Positions 50,166-64,000 of a stretch of 64,000 bases of DNA are shown here, in pieces; the first letter of the stretch is position 1, and every line of letters begins with the position of its first letter. The DNA is taken from contig OZ024741.1 of the NCBI GenBank assembly GCA_964016885.1, forward strand, positions 351,726,001 to 351,790,000, given 5' to 3'. A program made the position numbers and the translations under genes. Under the pieces are notes generated by a model, which saw nothing but the letters and a program-made list of their open reading frames with translations, ran no database searches and was not told where the DNA came from. Source of the DNA: Eledone cirrhosa (Eukaryota).

Positions 50166-51071
50166 CCTGATCACCACCCCTACAACTCTTGCTATTACTA
50201 CTACTACCACAAACAACACCATTACCACTACTATTACTACCACTCATACTGCTGCTGCCGCTGCTACTACTACTGCTACTACTACCAACAATCAAAACAC
50301 TATCCATCACCACGAAAAACAGCAACAACACTGAAAACCCTACAACCACACAACCACATTGATCTTATTCTAACTTTCTGACCATAGTCAGTGGGATATA
50401 ATCTGGGATGAAATGAAGAGAGGAACTGCGGGTGGAACAAGCCCACTCTTCAGCTTTACCCAATTAACTCCTTTTTTAAAAAAAAAGAAAAAAGAAATGC
50501 AATGAGAAACTTTTTATTTCAGAATAAAATACAAAATATCCAGTAGAAAAAAAAAAACTGTACAATATACATGGCAATGGGAAAACAAAAAAAAGGGAAA
50601 GGAAAGGAAAATAAGAAAAAGAATAAGGAAAAAAAGGAATTAAGCAAGAAAGAAAGGGAGAGGAGGAAGGAACAACAACAGCCACCCCACCTCACTGGAG
50701 AGGGGCTCCTTCCTCAGGCAAAAGACAATTAGGCAGAGAGAGGAGGGAGAAAGGAGAGAGAGATGAGAAAGTGTGTGCATGTGTATGTGTGCGCACGCAC
50801 ACACAAGCATTCATGTGAGTGTGTGTGTGCATAGGACCTTGCCATAACAACCAGATAAGTTATGAAGGGACTTTTTCTTCACCTGACATGCCACCACCTG
50901 CCCCTCTCAAAATTTCTTTTCCCAATAGTTTATTGTAGATAAAGCTTGACAGGCAGTTGTTAAACCCCTCCCCACCATCACAACAACAACAATCACAGCC
51001 ATCAATGCAAACTAGAATAGGTAATAGAATAGGTAATACATGGAGACAACAACAGTAACTCTCTCTCTCTC

Positions 51072-51102
<31 letters not shown>

Positions 51103-51479
51103 AGAAGATAAAGAAGTTTCCCCTTATGTTAGTTTATTTGTATTTGTCTGGATTCAATATGCAAACAAAAGGTGAAAAATTAACAGGCTACCAGATAGTT
51201 GTTCTCAATGTGGTTAACAGAGTTATGTAATATAATTATCCAGATGTTAAATCTTGAAGTATGGTACAAGGTATAATATAGTATTAGGAAAAACCAGGCA
51301 AGAAGTGAGGAGAGATTTGAAGAAAGATTTATTAGATTTTATTACCTAACACGAGGGCTGGATAGGATTTTTTTTTTATGTACTCACTTGCATTTATTTA
51401 TCCCTGAGGATTTGCTGAACATGGACATAATGCGAGTGAGTGAATAGAAACCCAATCATCCTCCTATCTACCATTTACA

Positions 51480-51960
51480 AAGTGTTTTATATATCCCACT
51501 CAGGAGGATGCTCAGTACATTAGAACTGCACCAACCAAGAGAGCAGGTAGGATTCAGGTCAGGATTCTCAACAATTGACCACATCTGGGTAGTTAGTCAA
51601 CTACAAGAGAAGGCAAATTAATACAACTTCCCTCTTTGCTTTGCCTTCATCAACTTTGAAAAGTCATTTGTCTCCATTGAATTAACCCCACTATTCATAA
51701 CACTGGAGAAACAAGGAGTAGACCCTGCTTACATCACACTACTAAAGGATCTTTACAATGGAGCTACAACCACTCTTAGAAGATCAAGTTAGAAAGGAGA
51801 TATTTCCTTGAGAATATTTACATCTTGTTTACAAGTCGCCATCATCAACAAAGTCAACTGAGAGAACAAGGGTATCAACATAGATGGTGAACTCCTATGC
51901 CAGCTAGACATCGCAGATGACATTATCCTTATAGCCCTTACACCACAAGAATTGGAGGAG
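51480..51960 (+). mobile_element. RT fragment of a different RTE family
   Basis: QPREQVGFRSGFSTIDHIWVVSQLQEK..YNFPLCFAFINFEKSF; IADDIILIA. Confidence 0.75.
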
Positions 51961-53165
51961 AAATGAAACCTTACCTACAATGTTAAATAAGAAGGCACAT
52001 TAGATTATGTAGCCCTACAAATATTATGGCCAAATGGTTAAGGAGTTTGCTTTACAATCCTGCTGCATGGCATTTACTAAATACGTCTTGTGAGTGAAAG
52101 TGGGGGTAGGCAGATACTGTTTGGAAGCCTATCAGAGTGCACCCAAAATTCAAAGGGTCAACCTTGTCGCACTGTGTCATGTCAAATCTCCATAGTGTCT
52201 ATGGAATGCTCAGCTACTTACATGTTAATTTCACAAGTAGGCTGTTCCATTAATCAAACAACTCATTGGAGTTCATTTCATAAAAATAAAAGACAGGATA
52301 GTTTTAGTTCCATGGCTGATTGTTGATCAAGTCTGACCTGGTGCTAAGCAACAACATTCACTTCTCTAAATTGAATCATGTTTGATATTCACTATTTAAC
52401 CCTTTCCTATGGTTTTCATGTAACTTTGAAAATAATCAACAACTTGGAAGGATTTAAACTCACATTGTCATTGTTAAATCGGTGTTGGAGATGGTGGTGT
52501 TAGGGATATCAGCTTTATAGTTTCAATGAGTATGTGCGTGAGTATGTGAGTATGGGTGCATCTATGTGAAGATGTGTGTGTTGTGTGATACAAGACAGCT
52601 TAGCTGTGACAACAGTTGCTGTAGAAACAGAGAAGGGGACAAACAAGCCATGCCATGTTATATCACAGGACTACATTACACCATACTACACCACATCACA
52701 CTACACCAAACAAGATTGTTTGACTTATGAAGCAGTAGAAATGTTGAAATTTGAAAATATATTCACCACATAGTTAATAACTATAAATATTTGAATAAAT
52801 TAGAGATAGAAGATATATTACCTCTGGTTAGGAAGCATATAAATTCATGTGAAATTGAGAGAGGACTTGTTTCAATGCCAATATGAGTGTGCATGTGTGT
52901 GTTTATATATATGTTTATGTGTCTATGTGAATGGAAATCTGTCTGTATATATACATGCACATGTGAAAGTGAGAGAAAGCATGCAGGTATATATATTTGT
53001 ATACACATCCTTTGATATCATTAGTTACTGGGTTCAATTCCAGTGTGTGGCATCTTGAAAATGTATCATTTACCATAGCCCCAGGCTGATTTATTCTTTG
53101 CGAGTGAAATTGGGTAGTCAGAAACTGTTTGGGAGCCCATCACATGAACGGAAACTAATTCAAAG

Positions 53166-53365
53166 NNNNNNNNNNNNNNNNNNNNNNNNNNNNNNNNNNN
53201 NNNNNNNNNNNNNNNNNNNNNNNNNNNNNNNNNNNNNNNNNNNNNNNNNNNNNNNNNNNNNNNNNNNNNNNNNNNNNNNNNNNNNNNNNNNNNNNNNNNN
53301 NNNNNNNNNNNNNNNNNNNNNNNNNNNNNNNNNNNNNNNNNNNNNNNNNNNNNNNNNNNNNNNNN
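53166..53365. other. Assembly gap (200 N)
   Basis: Run of N. Confidence 0.99.
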
Positions 53366-54314
53366 GATAGATTCATGCATTTGTAGATCGACATATATAT
53401 ATATATGCATATATGTATGTGTGCATATATTCACACATGTATGCTCCTGTAGGTTATTTTTGAACGCACAATATAAGCATTACCCTGGAATGACAGACAA
53501 AAGGGTGGTGGAGGAGGAAAAAGAGAAAGAGATGCAATATGGGGGAACTGCAGTAAATGCATGCATTTTGACAGACATATATTTAATATTGCTCTTATGC
53601 TCTTGCATTTACTGCAGTGCAGATCTGCACATTGGAGAACAAAAGCGGGCAACAGCAACAATAATAATGATTTCTACTATAGGCACAAGGCCAACAATTT
53701 TGGGGAGCAGGGAAAGTTGATTAAATTGTCCCTAGTGTGTTACTGCTACGTTATTTTATCGATCCCTGTAAGGATGAAAAAACAAAGCTAACAATGATTT
53801 CTAATTTTGGGCACAAAGGCTGGGGAGAGGTCAATTATATTAACCCCAATAATTTACTGGTACTTATCGACCTTGGAAAGATGAAAGGCAAAGTTGACAT
53901 AGGCAGGATTTGAACTCAGAATGCAATGACATTTTATTTGATACCCTACCAAATATGATACTTGTTTGGGGTTATACAGATTGTCATGCCATAATTGATT
54001 AGGTTACCATGTCTAATTCATATGCTTTGATTTTGAGATTTGCCTTTTATGACTCGATGCTCTTCCTAAATTCAACCAATTTACAGCATTTTACCATGGC
54101 ACCAGCACTATCCCCTAACAGGGTGGACTAATTTGGTTACAAACGAAAGAAAAGAGCTACCAACACTTGACGTTGTAGTTGAGAATATTTATATTAACAG
54201 TTTGATTTATATTTTTACATTACCAAATAGTTTTTGTAGGCATAAATACAACCATCTCTTTAAGATGTGATAGAAAAAAATTGAAATGAAAAAGCTGGTC
54301 CACAAAACTGTTAA

Positions 54315-54366
<52 letters not shown>

Positions 54367-54469
54367 TTGGACAGAAAGTTCCCATCATTTTTCAAAAAGA
54401 GATATTTTGGTAGAGTTTTCTGGAAATGTTGAAGGTTGCACATGCACACATATAGAAGTATGCAGTATA

Positions 54470-54655
54470 TGCATTTCTCAATTTCTGTTTACGCCATCAA
54501 AGCAACATAGATCTATCCAAGGCTGTTTACTTTCAAATCTGGCCAAAGTGCAGCAGCATTGAGTCATCACATTAACAATGCATTTGGATCATACACCATG
54601 TCTGAACATAGTGCCAGGGACTGGTTTGCATACTTTCATTCTGGTGATTACAGCA
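54470..54655 (+). mobile_element. Mariner HTH fragment
   Basis: FKSGQSAAALSHHINNAFGSYTMSEHSARDWFAYFHSGD. Confidence 0.5.
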
Positions 54656-54679
54656 GAAGCTGGAAAGTATGACACACAT

Positions 54680-55175
54680 CGCAAATGCCTGTGACATGTT
54701 GGCACAGAGCTAATATAAAAAGCTTCATGATAAAGTATGCTTACACATCCTTGGCCTTATGGGTTTAGAACCATTAAAAAATATATAAGCACACACCTGA
54801 GAAGGTCCTAGAAAATTAGGCTATGAAACACTTGTGGGACTTTACAATCCAGACAGATAGAATTCTTGAAAATACAAGGCCAGACATAACTTTGGAAGGG
54901 AAAGGTACTGAAAGAGGTGTTTGTTGATCAATGTCGCTTGACAAGGAGAGCATCACATCAATGGTGACGAAAATGAGAAAAATCATAAATTATGCAGACT
55001 TGAGAATAGGTGTTGAGAGAATGTGGGATAGGAAAGTAAGAGGAGCACCTGGGTCTGTGACAGAAAACCCTTGATAGAATTGGAATCAGTCCCAGCATTA
55101 CAACATTGCAAAAATAACAACACTTTGGGGAATAGCAAATATCCTGCGGAAAGTACTGTCGATCCAGTGTTAATA
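54680..55175 (+). mobile_element. R4/Dong-like RLE remnant
   Basis: HDKVCLHI..; LWDFTIQTDR..RPDIT; LQK*QHFG.ANILRKVLS. Confidence 0.65.
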
Positions 55176-56791
55176 TGATCATCACTGTGCAAATGAAAGA
55201 TGATGATAATAAAGGTTTCTAATTTTAGATGCAAGGCCAACAATTTTTGGGGAGGGGAAAGTCAATTTAATTAACTCCAGTGTGTTACTGGTACTTTATT
55301 TTATCGAACCTGTAAGGATGAAAAGCAAAGCCAATCTCAGTGGGATTTGAACTGAATAATGATAATTCTTTAAGTCTCCACAAAGACAAAGAGGCAGCTA
55401 CAAAGGACAGGATACAACATTGTTGAGAGGTTTACATACAACCTGTAAAAATAACAAAAGCAAAAAACAAAAAATACCAACAATGAAGGACCCGCTACAC
55501 ATACTAGATTATCCTGACCATCAAAGACCAAGTACACTTTCTCAGCTATCTAGCCATGTCACTTTATACTAAGAGTGTAATTTTCATCTGGATCCTTTGA
55601 AGATCAATAAAATAAAGTACCAGCTAAATACTGTATCAATTTTGTTAACTTCCCCTCCCTCGGCTAAATTTATGGCTTTCATTATAATATATTAACTATC
55701 AACATCTTTATAATTTGAGTTCAAATCTCGCTGAGGTTTACCTTTCATCCTTGCAGGGTCAATAAAATAAAGTATCAGTCAAGCAAATATAATCAATGTT
55801 TCTCTCCCAGTTCTGGCTCAGTTCGTACTGAGTTCAAATGTCACTTCATGCCACCTAACAAAATATGGGAACATAATAGGACTGAGGACCTTATCATTAA
55901 AACACCCAAAAAATCTCCATAGAAGGTTGGGTAAGCCTGCATAGGTGTGAGCCATTACATCAACAATGGACACTAACCAACGGAGTTCCATCATAAATAG
56001 ACAAAGACCCTTTCATTACCATATATTTCATTAGGAATATATTCCAAATGAAATATACTGTCCATGATTTTCAATTAATTTTTAAAATAATCAAGCATTT
56101 AAAGGGATTTAGTCAAACAGCTTTTTTCATTATGAAGTTGGTGTATAAAAAATTAAAATGGAAAGTTTTAATTTAAACACAAAAACTTTAGAATATGCTT
56201 TTTTATCAAAGAATCAGAGGATGTTTCAGGCAGTTTGATATAAAAAATGTAAATAAATACATACACATAACACTCCCACATTTACTGACACTGTAACCAC
56301 TACACCATACACATCTCACCCCTACAGCCACTGACACTGCAACCACTACACCCAGACAACCACATATAATCCACCATCACTACCTTTATGGCAGAAAGTA
56401 AACCACCACTACTAGTGCTGCCACCACCTCCATGACATAATACCTAATACCATCAGCAGCCATGCTTCAATAACAACAATCACTGTAACATTTCACTAAA
56501 AACAGACAGGTAGTCAGACAGACAGATGCACATATAGAAAGACAAACACAGAGATTCACAAATAGACAGCCAGACAGATAGACTGATACATACACAGAGA
56601 TAGACATTGGATGGACAGATGCACAGACAGATAAGCAGGCAGACAGAGAGGGTGAAAAAAAGCCTTGTTAAATAAAATCTAAGATAACAATGCTGGTGTC
56701 ACTTATTCTCTTGGAATGGAAAAGAAAGACACCCCCTCCCCACCTTGAGACCTCAAACTCTGAAAAGAAAAGCAACAAAATATATGGTGTG

Positions 56792-56822
<31 letters not shown>

Positions 56823-57195
56823 TAATGCTAAAATAGAACATAAGGGCAAATTAGAGAACATAGAAATAAAAATAGAATCTACACACAGAAAAGACGCAAT
56901 GTTTAGACAAATCACAGAGGCAATAAACATAAATGAACTCCAACCAAAATTAAATAGAAAACATGAATGGAATAGCAACATCACAACTTACAATTAAGGA
57001 CAAAATGAAAACACACACACACATAGAATAAACAACCAACCAGTAAAATGTAAATAAACAAATAAATAAACAAATAAAAACACACACAGACACCCGGATG
57101 TAACACATGCGCAAACTAAGCACACAACACACACAAAAACAAGACGGCGTAGGACAGAACAAAGGAGAGGCACAAAACAAAGAAAAGAATCCCCA

Positions 57196-57238
57196 GTCAC
57201 TGAAGAGGTCACAGAATGTGTGACGAAAGAACTTTGAC
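57196..57238 (+). ncRNA. Minimal type-I hammerhead ribozyme candidate
   Basis: GTCA-CTGAAGA-G-GTCACA-GAATG-TGTGAC-GAAAG-AA-CTT-TGAC; stems I, II and III all pair. Confidence 0.65.
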
Positions 57239-57374
57239 AATATATGAACAACCGACCGGTTATGGAACCAACCAACCAACCAACCGGAAATTTATAAATT
57301 TAATTTATAATAAATTGGAGTGAAAGCAACTGGTGCGTGTGTTTCTTATTGGCAACATGACCCTCCCAAAGCAT

Positions 57375-57441
<67 letters not shown>

Positions 57442-57987
57442 TCTTCACATTTTTTATTATTACTATCATCATCACCATTTTACATCCACGCTAGCATGGG
57501 TTAGACGGGTTGTCCTGTTGTGGGCAGTGTCCGGTCGGCTGACCTTGTCTTGCTCATACGGGAACTGATTCTGGCTTGATTTCTACAGCTGGATGCCCTT
57601 CCTATATATATATATAGATATATATATATGGTGTGTGTGTGTGTATATATATATATATTTTAGTCTTCACATTTTTTATTATTACTATATATATATATAT
57701 ATATATATATATGGTGTATAACCAATACTAGAGTTGAAAATGGACGTTAAACGACAATGATGATATATATGTATGTGTATATATAATATATATATATAAA
57801 CGCACACACATATGACTACAAATCAAAGAAAAACACTTATCACCACCACCACCACCTTTGCTAGTTCAAACATAACAAAGATTAGAATTTCAATTTTTGC
57901 TAATTATCATAATTCCTGCTTTAAACATGCACACATACATATACACGCAAAATATTTTTTTCACATATATAAATCTCTCTCTCTCTG

Positions 57988-58071
<84 letters not shown>

Positions 58072-59699
58072 AAGCGAGAAAAGTGAGTGGAGATGGTTGG
58101 CAAGAAGATGGAGAGAATATAAGACTCATACAGAGCTTCACTCCACCCAACCAGCACCACAACTCCACTCCAACCCACCATTGTAGTGTGTTGTTTGGCC
58201 TGTTTATTGTCCTTTTCTATCACTTTTTCAATAAGAGACAAGAAGTTTAATAGTGAAACAGAAGTGTCAAGTATGTGTTACCATGGTAACAAGATTGCTG
58301 CTGGTGCTGTTGGTGCTGCTAGTCTTGTTGTTACTGCTTGCACAAGACATAGATGTATAATAATTCGTTTTTAGTTTAATTAGAATATATGTGTGTGTGT
58401 GTGTGCGTGCACGTTTGCTGCTGACATGATAAAATGCACTCAGTACACTATGTCTGGTGGTTGTCGTTAGGAAGGGCATGCAACGGTAGAAACTGTGCCA
58501 ACATATGGAACATGTGTGATTCTCACATCAATCCAGTCTCAGATCCTGACAACCCATCTAACCCATGATGTTATACACATAAATATATATATTTTATTTT
58601 AAAAAAAAGGACCATTTATAATGAGGCTCCAACACCAATATTAGCATATATGACCACCAGTATGACTACCATTAAAATTAGCACACCTACCACAGTATAT
58701 CATCATCACTATTATCATCATTTAACTTTAGCATTTACATTACTCTGTATTTACTGTTATATTTTCATGGTAAAGGTTTTACCTCACATAATATCGAATC
58801 TATGAGATTTTGATATTATATATTTTGAAAACAATAACTTAACATAAGTATGAGTAGCTGGTTATGGTCAGTTTGAATAGAAAGAGGTGAGAGAATTCTG
58901 GCCGGATATGGCCGGTTTAAATGCTAATGGATTGATGTTTCTTTGAATGGCGATGATGGGAGAAGAATATATTATATCAGACAATGACAGTTGGGAGAGG
59001 CCACTTACTCTTGATGGTCAGGGTGATTCCTCAATTAACCACAGATATTCAGCTCTCTGTACCAGGAGGACAGAATGCCTTATATAATTATTCACTATGT
59101 ATTCCTAATTCATATACTATGTATTCTTGTTAACTATATTTTTTCTCATTTCTATATAAACTGCCACCTTAACGTAACTTTGTAATGTCTCCTTTATTTG
59201 ATGTCCTTGTTGCAAGTAAAAGAAATTATCATTATTATCAGTCTGAGTTCAAATCCCGCCGAGGTTAACTTTGCCTTTCATCCTTACGGGGTCGATAAAA
59301 TAAAGTACCAGTAATACACTGGGTAATTGCTGGCCTTGTGCCCAACGTAGAAACAATTATTATCAGTAATGCTTTTACCACAAAAGTCATAAACAGTAAT
59401 ATTAGATAGCTTTTAAAAAGAAAGTAAATGATTAAAAACAATTATTTTTTTGTCTAAACAAAAGAACAAAACCAAAAAAGTAAAACATATAAACACACAC
59501 ACACACACACACATATACATAACACATATATATATATATAACATATACATACATATATACACACACATATACACATAAACATACACACATATATACATAC
59601 ATATATACATCTATACACACATATATATATATATATACATCTATACACATATATATATATACATACATACAAATATATGGTGATTGTTTCATCTATGCA

Positions 59700-60450
59700 G
59701 ATGACAGTCGTACTCTCCCTACGCATCCATCAACTGTCACCAACTCCAAACGGCTATTTATGGCCTCTTAGGTGGCTTTTAAGTCCAGCTGCAGATTTGC
59801 CTGGTCTGCAGCAAATGTGACAGACAAAATATGTGCCCTCTACTGGATTAATTGGGTCAATTTGTGGGATGTCATCCTTATCTACCCTCATATGCCTTTT
59901 AAGACCATAAATTGATTTGCAAATTTTTGCACGCCACGCATGTTGTCTCACCTAGGGACAGTGCTACATACAGTTAGCTTTTCATGTGATTTTAAATGAG
60001 TGATGTACACCCAGATTTAGAGAGCAATAGACAACCACACATTTCACAATTCCAGCTCACTATGTTGAGGTTATTGAGGTTCATACTGTGGCTTCAAAAA
60101 AGCCACAGTATGAACCATTCTACAGCCTTCCTTGACGTGAACTCTCCATTTACCTATCTTTGAAACTAGCACTTCCCAGTTCTGAACTTCAAACTGTAGA
60201 TCCTTAGGGCTGTTTTTATGTAATTTTATATCTTTTTCTTGGTTTGTGCAGAGGACGTTTCCCAGTGTGCAATTGACTGTAAAATAGTTGTTTTGGGAGT
60301 CTTTCTTCATTCATGAGCACAACATGGCTTACCCAACGCATTTGAGAGGATATGATAAGGATTTGTGTGTCAGGTATTTTTTGTTGCCATTTGATGTTTG
60401 GGATTTGTCTTAAACACTTTTGGTTAAAGTATTCAAGCAAATTAACACTT
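59700..60450 (-). mobile_element. RTE (BovB-like) LINE 3' fragment with C-terminal C2H2 fingers
   Basis: LEYFNQKCLRQIPNIKWQ...QMRWVSHVVLMNEERLPKQLFYSQL..G.RP..KPRKRY; CHICCRPGKSAAGLKSHLRGH. Confidence 0.8.
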
Positions 60451-60819
60451 TCTCCTCAGTTGCTGCACCTACAAAAGCTTCTAGATTCTCTCACTATTGC
60501 ACTCTAGTAGCCATTCTCTTCACTCTAATTCATCCCATCCATGCCTCCTCCACTAGCTATTTTCTCCATCACTTCACCTTCCATTTCTGGCACTGGTGAG
60601 TGCCACCTCACCACTTCAGTTTTCTCATCACTGCATTCTCTTCACCATTCATCACCTTGTCAAATTCTGCCACACTTGCCCTAATGTCACATCTTCTCCT
60701 ATCGCCCCCACCACCACACAGGTGGTTAGCGACAAGGAGGGCACCCTGTCGTAGAAAACATGCCTAAAAAATAAGGGTCAGAAGGAACCCTCAATTGTAC
60801 CATGGTATGGAAACCTCTT

Positions 60820-61820
60820 TAGTATTGGTGATCGACATGATAAATACACCCAGTACATGCTGTAAAGTGGTTGGTGATAGGAAGGGTATCTAGCTGTAGA
60901 AAGTTTGCCAAACAAAGGGTTGAGAATACCCTACAGTTGTGGCAAAAACACTCCTGTGCACTCGCTAGAATGTGAGACTGTATGTAAGTCAGATCAGATC
61001 TCCCAACTTGGTCCAAGTAGAACTCTCTAACCCTTGCTAGCAGGGAGGTTGTCATGTCTTTGACACAATTGAGGGTCCTCCCAACCCTTTGTTTGGCAAG
61101 TCCTCCGTGGCTGAATGCCTTTCCCATCACCAACCACTTCACAAGAGAGCAGTGGTTAGGAATGTGTGTGTGTGAGGATGAAGAGCATGAGGTGTGTGTG
61201 ATGAGGGTGGTGTACTGGTGTTGAGAATAGCTGTTAGTGAGTGGCAGTGGAAGGAGGGCGCGAGGGGTAGGTCAGGTCACATTGTATTTTGCATGTCGGG
61301 TCTTCTTCAGTACCGCATAGTGCCATCCCTCACAGACTTTAGTCATATCTGTTGTGAAGTTTAGTTTTTTAAGGTTCGTTTTCACAACCTTATCCCGTGT
61401 CTTCCTGGGTCTGCCCAGCCGCTGGGTTTTCTCTGCATTTCTTTATGCAACTGTTATTTTCCATGCACATCACATGTCTATACTAATGCAGTCTTCTCTC
61501 TAGCACACTACATTCGATTCTTCTGATGCCAAGTTTTTATCTCAGTTTAATCCATTGGAGCATACTTGACTCAATTCTTTCTAGCCTCCACAGGTTTTCT
61601 GCAGTCAAGGCCAATGTTTCACTGCCATGTAGCACTGCAGTTCACACACAGGTACCATACTGTCTACCCTTCACTCTAAGAGAAAAGCATTTTGTTGTTA
61701 GCAGCAGTAATAAATCTCTAAACTTCTTCCAGCCTGTTCTTATTCTAGCTATCACACTTTCAATACATCCTCCCCAACTGTTAATGTGATTGCCTAGGTA
61801 GAAAAGCTGTCAAAAACTTC
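60820..61820 (-). mobile_element. Old RTE 3' fragment
   Basis: Reverse strand gives RIRTGWKKFRDLL, LHGSET and GRPRKTRDKVV, with frameshifts. Confidence 0.75.
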
Positions 61821-62235
61821 TAGTAACCACCTATATAGCAAGCTAAGACTAAAAATACAATATCTACTAGCCATCACTCTCTGGCTATCTTACATTGCTA
61901 CATACCCTATCACTTTATTGCTAGCCATTACTCCCTGAACTGTTAATGTGATTGCCTAGGTAGAAAAGCTGTCAAAAACTTCTAGTAACCACCTATATAG
62001 CAAGCTAAGACTAAAAATACAATATCTACTAGCCATCACTCTCTGACTATCTTACATTGCTACATACCCTATCACCTTATTGCTAGCCATTACTCCCTGA
62101 CTATCTTACATTGCTACATACCCTATCACCTTATTGCTAGCCATTACTCCCTGACTATCTTACATTGCTACATATCCTATCACCTTATTGCTAGCCATTA
62201 CTCCCTCACTCTCTTACATTGCTACATACCCATTA
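61777..62235. repeat. ~160-bp local duplication plus ~54-bp tandem repeats
   Basis: CTGTTAATGTGATTGCCTAGGTAG occurs twice; CTAGCCATTACTCCCTGACTATCTTACATTGCTACATACCCTATCACCTTATTG is repeated. Confidence 0.8.
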
Positions 62236-63199
62236 CTCCTTGTCTCTCTTACATTACTACCTACCCTATCACTCATTTTTGACATCCAACAACACTCATC
62301 ATCAGTCTTATGCCCTGTTTCTTCTCTCTCAGCTCATTCTTGCATTGTGCATCTAGCACACAAATATTACATATCCATTAGAGTATTCTGGATTCATTTC
62401 TGTACAGTCATCACATATCTTCTGCCTTTACTGCCCATGTTCCACTTCCACACAAGCATCCTACAATGTACCTTTTGCTTGGAGAGCAAATCCCTTTGTT
62501 GACAACAGAAACAGTAGCTTCCTGAAACCTTTCTATCTTGTTCTTATTTTAGCTAGTATGCTTTCAGAGCAACATCCTCCAATGCTAATTAGCTCACTTA
62601 TGTAAGAGAAGCTATCAACTACTTCTATGTAACCTTTCCAAGATTGTAAAAGTGTTATTTTACTAGTGCCTCACTGTGCATCTGTCAAATACAAAGTCAA
62701 CTTTCTTTTAGACTACCTGCTTATTCCACTACAACTCTTGTACACACACACACACGCACACACACACACACAGTTTCTTATTTCTATTACACCTAAACAT
62801 GATTTAACCAACCAAATACATATCATACTAAACATAAAGCAAAAAAATTAATCCTGTCGATTAGGACCTACCCAAAACATACTCTCATTCATTACAATAA
62901 TTGCACCTATACTAATTACTGGTATGGAGGTGACAGATGTTATCAGGTTGTGGCTGTCATGATATGTACCATTCCTTCTGTGTATATAATGTTAAATGAT
63001 GAAAGAATAAGACAGAGTGAAGTAGTTAATTAATCCATTGTTTTGACAATCATTTTAGAGAGCAAAAGTATTGATATGCAGACCAATTGATAGAAGTTTA
63101 TGTAACTCCATTGCATTAACTTTGACTAAGCACATTGATTCTGCTGTTTATCCTCCGAAACAATATTCATATCAACACCATATCATGTTCTAAAACAGT

Positions 63200-63955
63200 T
63201 AGGTAAAACCCTAATGAGTGATACTCCTGTCGCTCATCATTTCTGTTCTCCTGGGCATTCTTCCCTACATGTTTCAGTCCTGGGTGTCACAGGCTTCGCG
63301 CACCAGGACTTAACAAAGTCTGATTCACCGCTTTGGGTCCTATTCCCCTCTTGGACTCAACTCACCTCCCTATTTCTCTAATACCCCGTCCATTATCTCA
63401 CCCCTAGATTCCTAATGCCGACTATATATGCTCACTCCACTTTTCCCTTCACTGCTCTGTATACACACATACACACCCTTATATTAACATACTTTTGCTC
63501 ATAGCTTCGTACTTACATGCACGCACACTCTTTTACTCACATATACACACACATTTCTTCTTAGCTTCATACGGACATATAATAACACACACACACAAAC
63601 ACATGCTTATGCACGTGCTCAAGTATAGCACTTTTTACAAAATGTTTTTTTTTCCATTTCAGGTAGACGCACTCCATCATCCGTTTTTCTAAAAAATAAA
63701 TAATACACAAAACACCAGCACCAACAGTTTTGCAAGAGATGTCAACATGAATGGACCTGTTATTTTTATCTAAAGACATTTTTTCCAATTCCATCCCGCC
63801 CGTCCCCTTAATCTATCTTATTTCTCATTCTTTCTTCTGATGAAGGACTAGCGTCTGAAATGTTAAGACCCTCTTCCTGCTATATCAAGCGTTAACCTAA
63901 TATATCCCTTCCATATACTGTACCGATTGCGTTGTTATTTCTGTTTACCTTTTAC
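63200..63955 (+). mobile_element. Penelope-like element 3' end (GIY-YIG C-terminus plus pLTR with hammerhead)
   Basis: TPVAHHFCSPGHSSLHVSVLGV...LIHRFGSYSPLGLN (PLE PVA.HF...H...P.GLN motif), followed by a hammerhead core at 63833-63868 and a TA-flanked end. Confidence 0.7.
63833..63868 (+). ncRNA. Minimal type-I hammerhead ribozyme of a PLE pLTR (probably CpG-decayed)
   Basis: TCTT-CTGATGA-A-GGAC-TAGC-GTCT-GAAA-TGTT-AAGA, downstream of a GIY-YIG remnant. Confidence 0.7.
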
Positions 63956-64000
63956 ATATATATAATATCATCATCATCATCATTTTATGTCCGCTTTTCC

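Noticed and set aside
56703-56780. Possible minus-strand terminal exon (ttttcag|SLRSQGGEGVSFFSIPRE*)
   Set aside because: No similarity to MAEA or any protein I recognise; a chance acceptor-like site.

Overview
Eukaryotic, AT-rich, very repeat-dense genomic DNA. The repeat complement (RTE LINEs with (GAT)n tails, tRNA-head SINEs, R4/Dong, Tx1, abundant (TA)n) looks like an octopus or other coleoid cephalopod; this is an inference. The only host gene I can support is MAEA (GID9/EMP, CTLH E3 ligase subunit) on the minus strand. Four internal GT-AG exons (23350-23553, 12179-12301, 9516-9592, 2127-2235) splice in frame; I did not find its 5' exons upstream, and its 3' exons lie before position 1. 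The rest is intronic or intergenic mobile DNA: young and old RTE copies (one with an uninterrupted 793-aa 5'-truncated ORF with a PHD-like finger next to the RT), Tx1/L1, R4/Dong, a CRE-clade remnant, Penelope-like (PLE) GIY-YIG remnants, mariners, a non-autonomous Helitron, SINEs, a 2.5-kb 21-bp minisatellite and a 200-N gap. Three RNA-structure signals stand out. (1) RTE 3' UTRs and their partner SINEs carry a tandem array of ~49-nt modules, each a GNRA hairpin plus an H-type pseudoknot with compensatory changes. (2) At least six unrelated type-I hammerhead ribozyme candidates sit mostly in short TA-associated elements; four are in MAEA-sense orientation. (3) About eight unrelated families of (TA)n-flanked asymmetric foldback elements resemble PLE inverted termini. 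All structures were read by eye and not computed.
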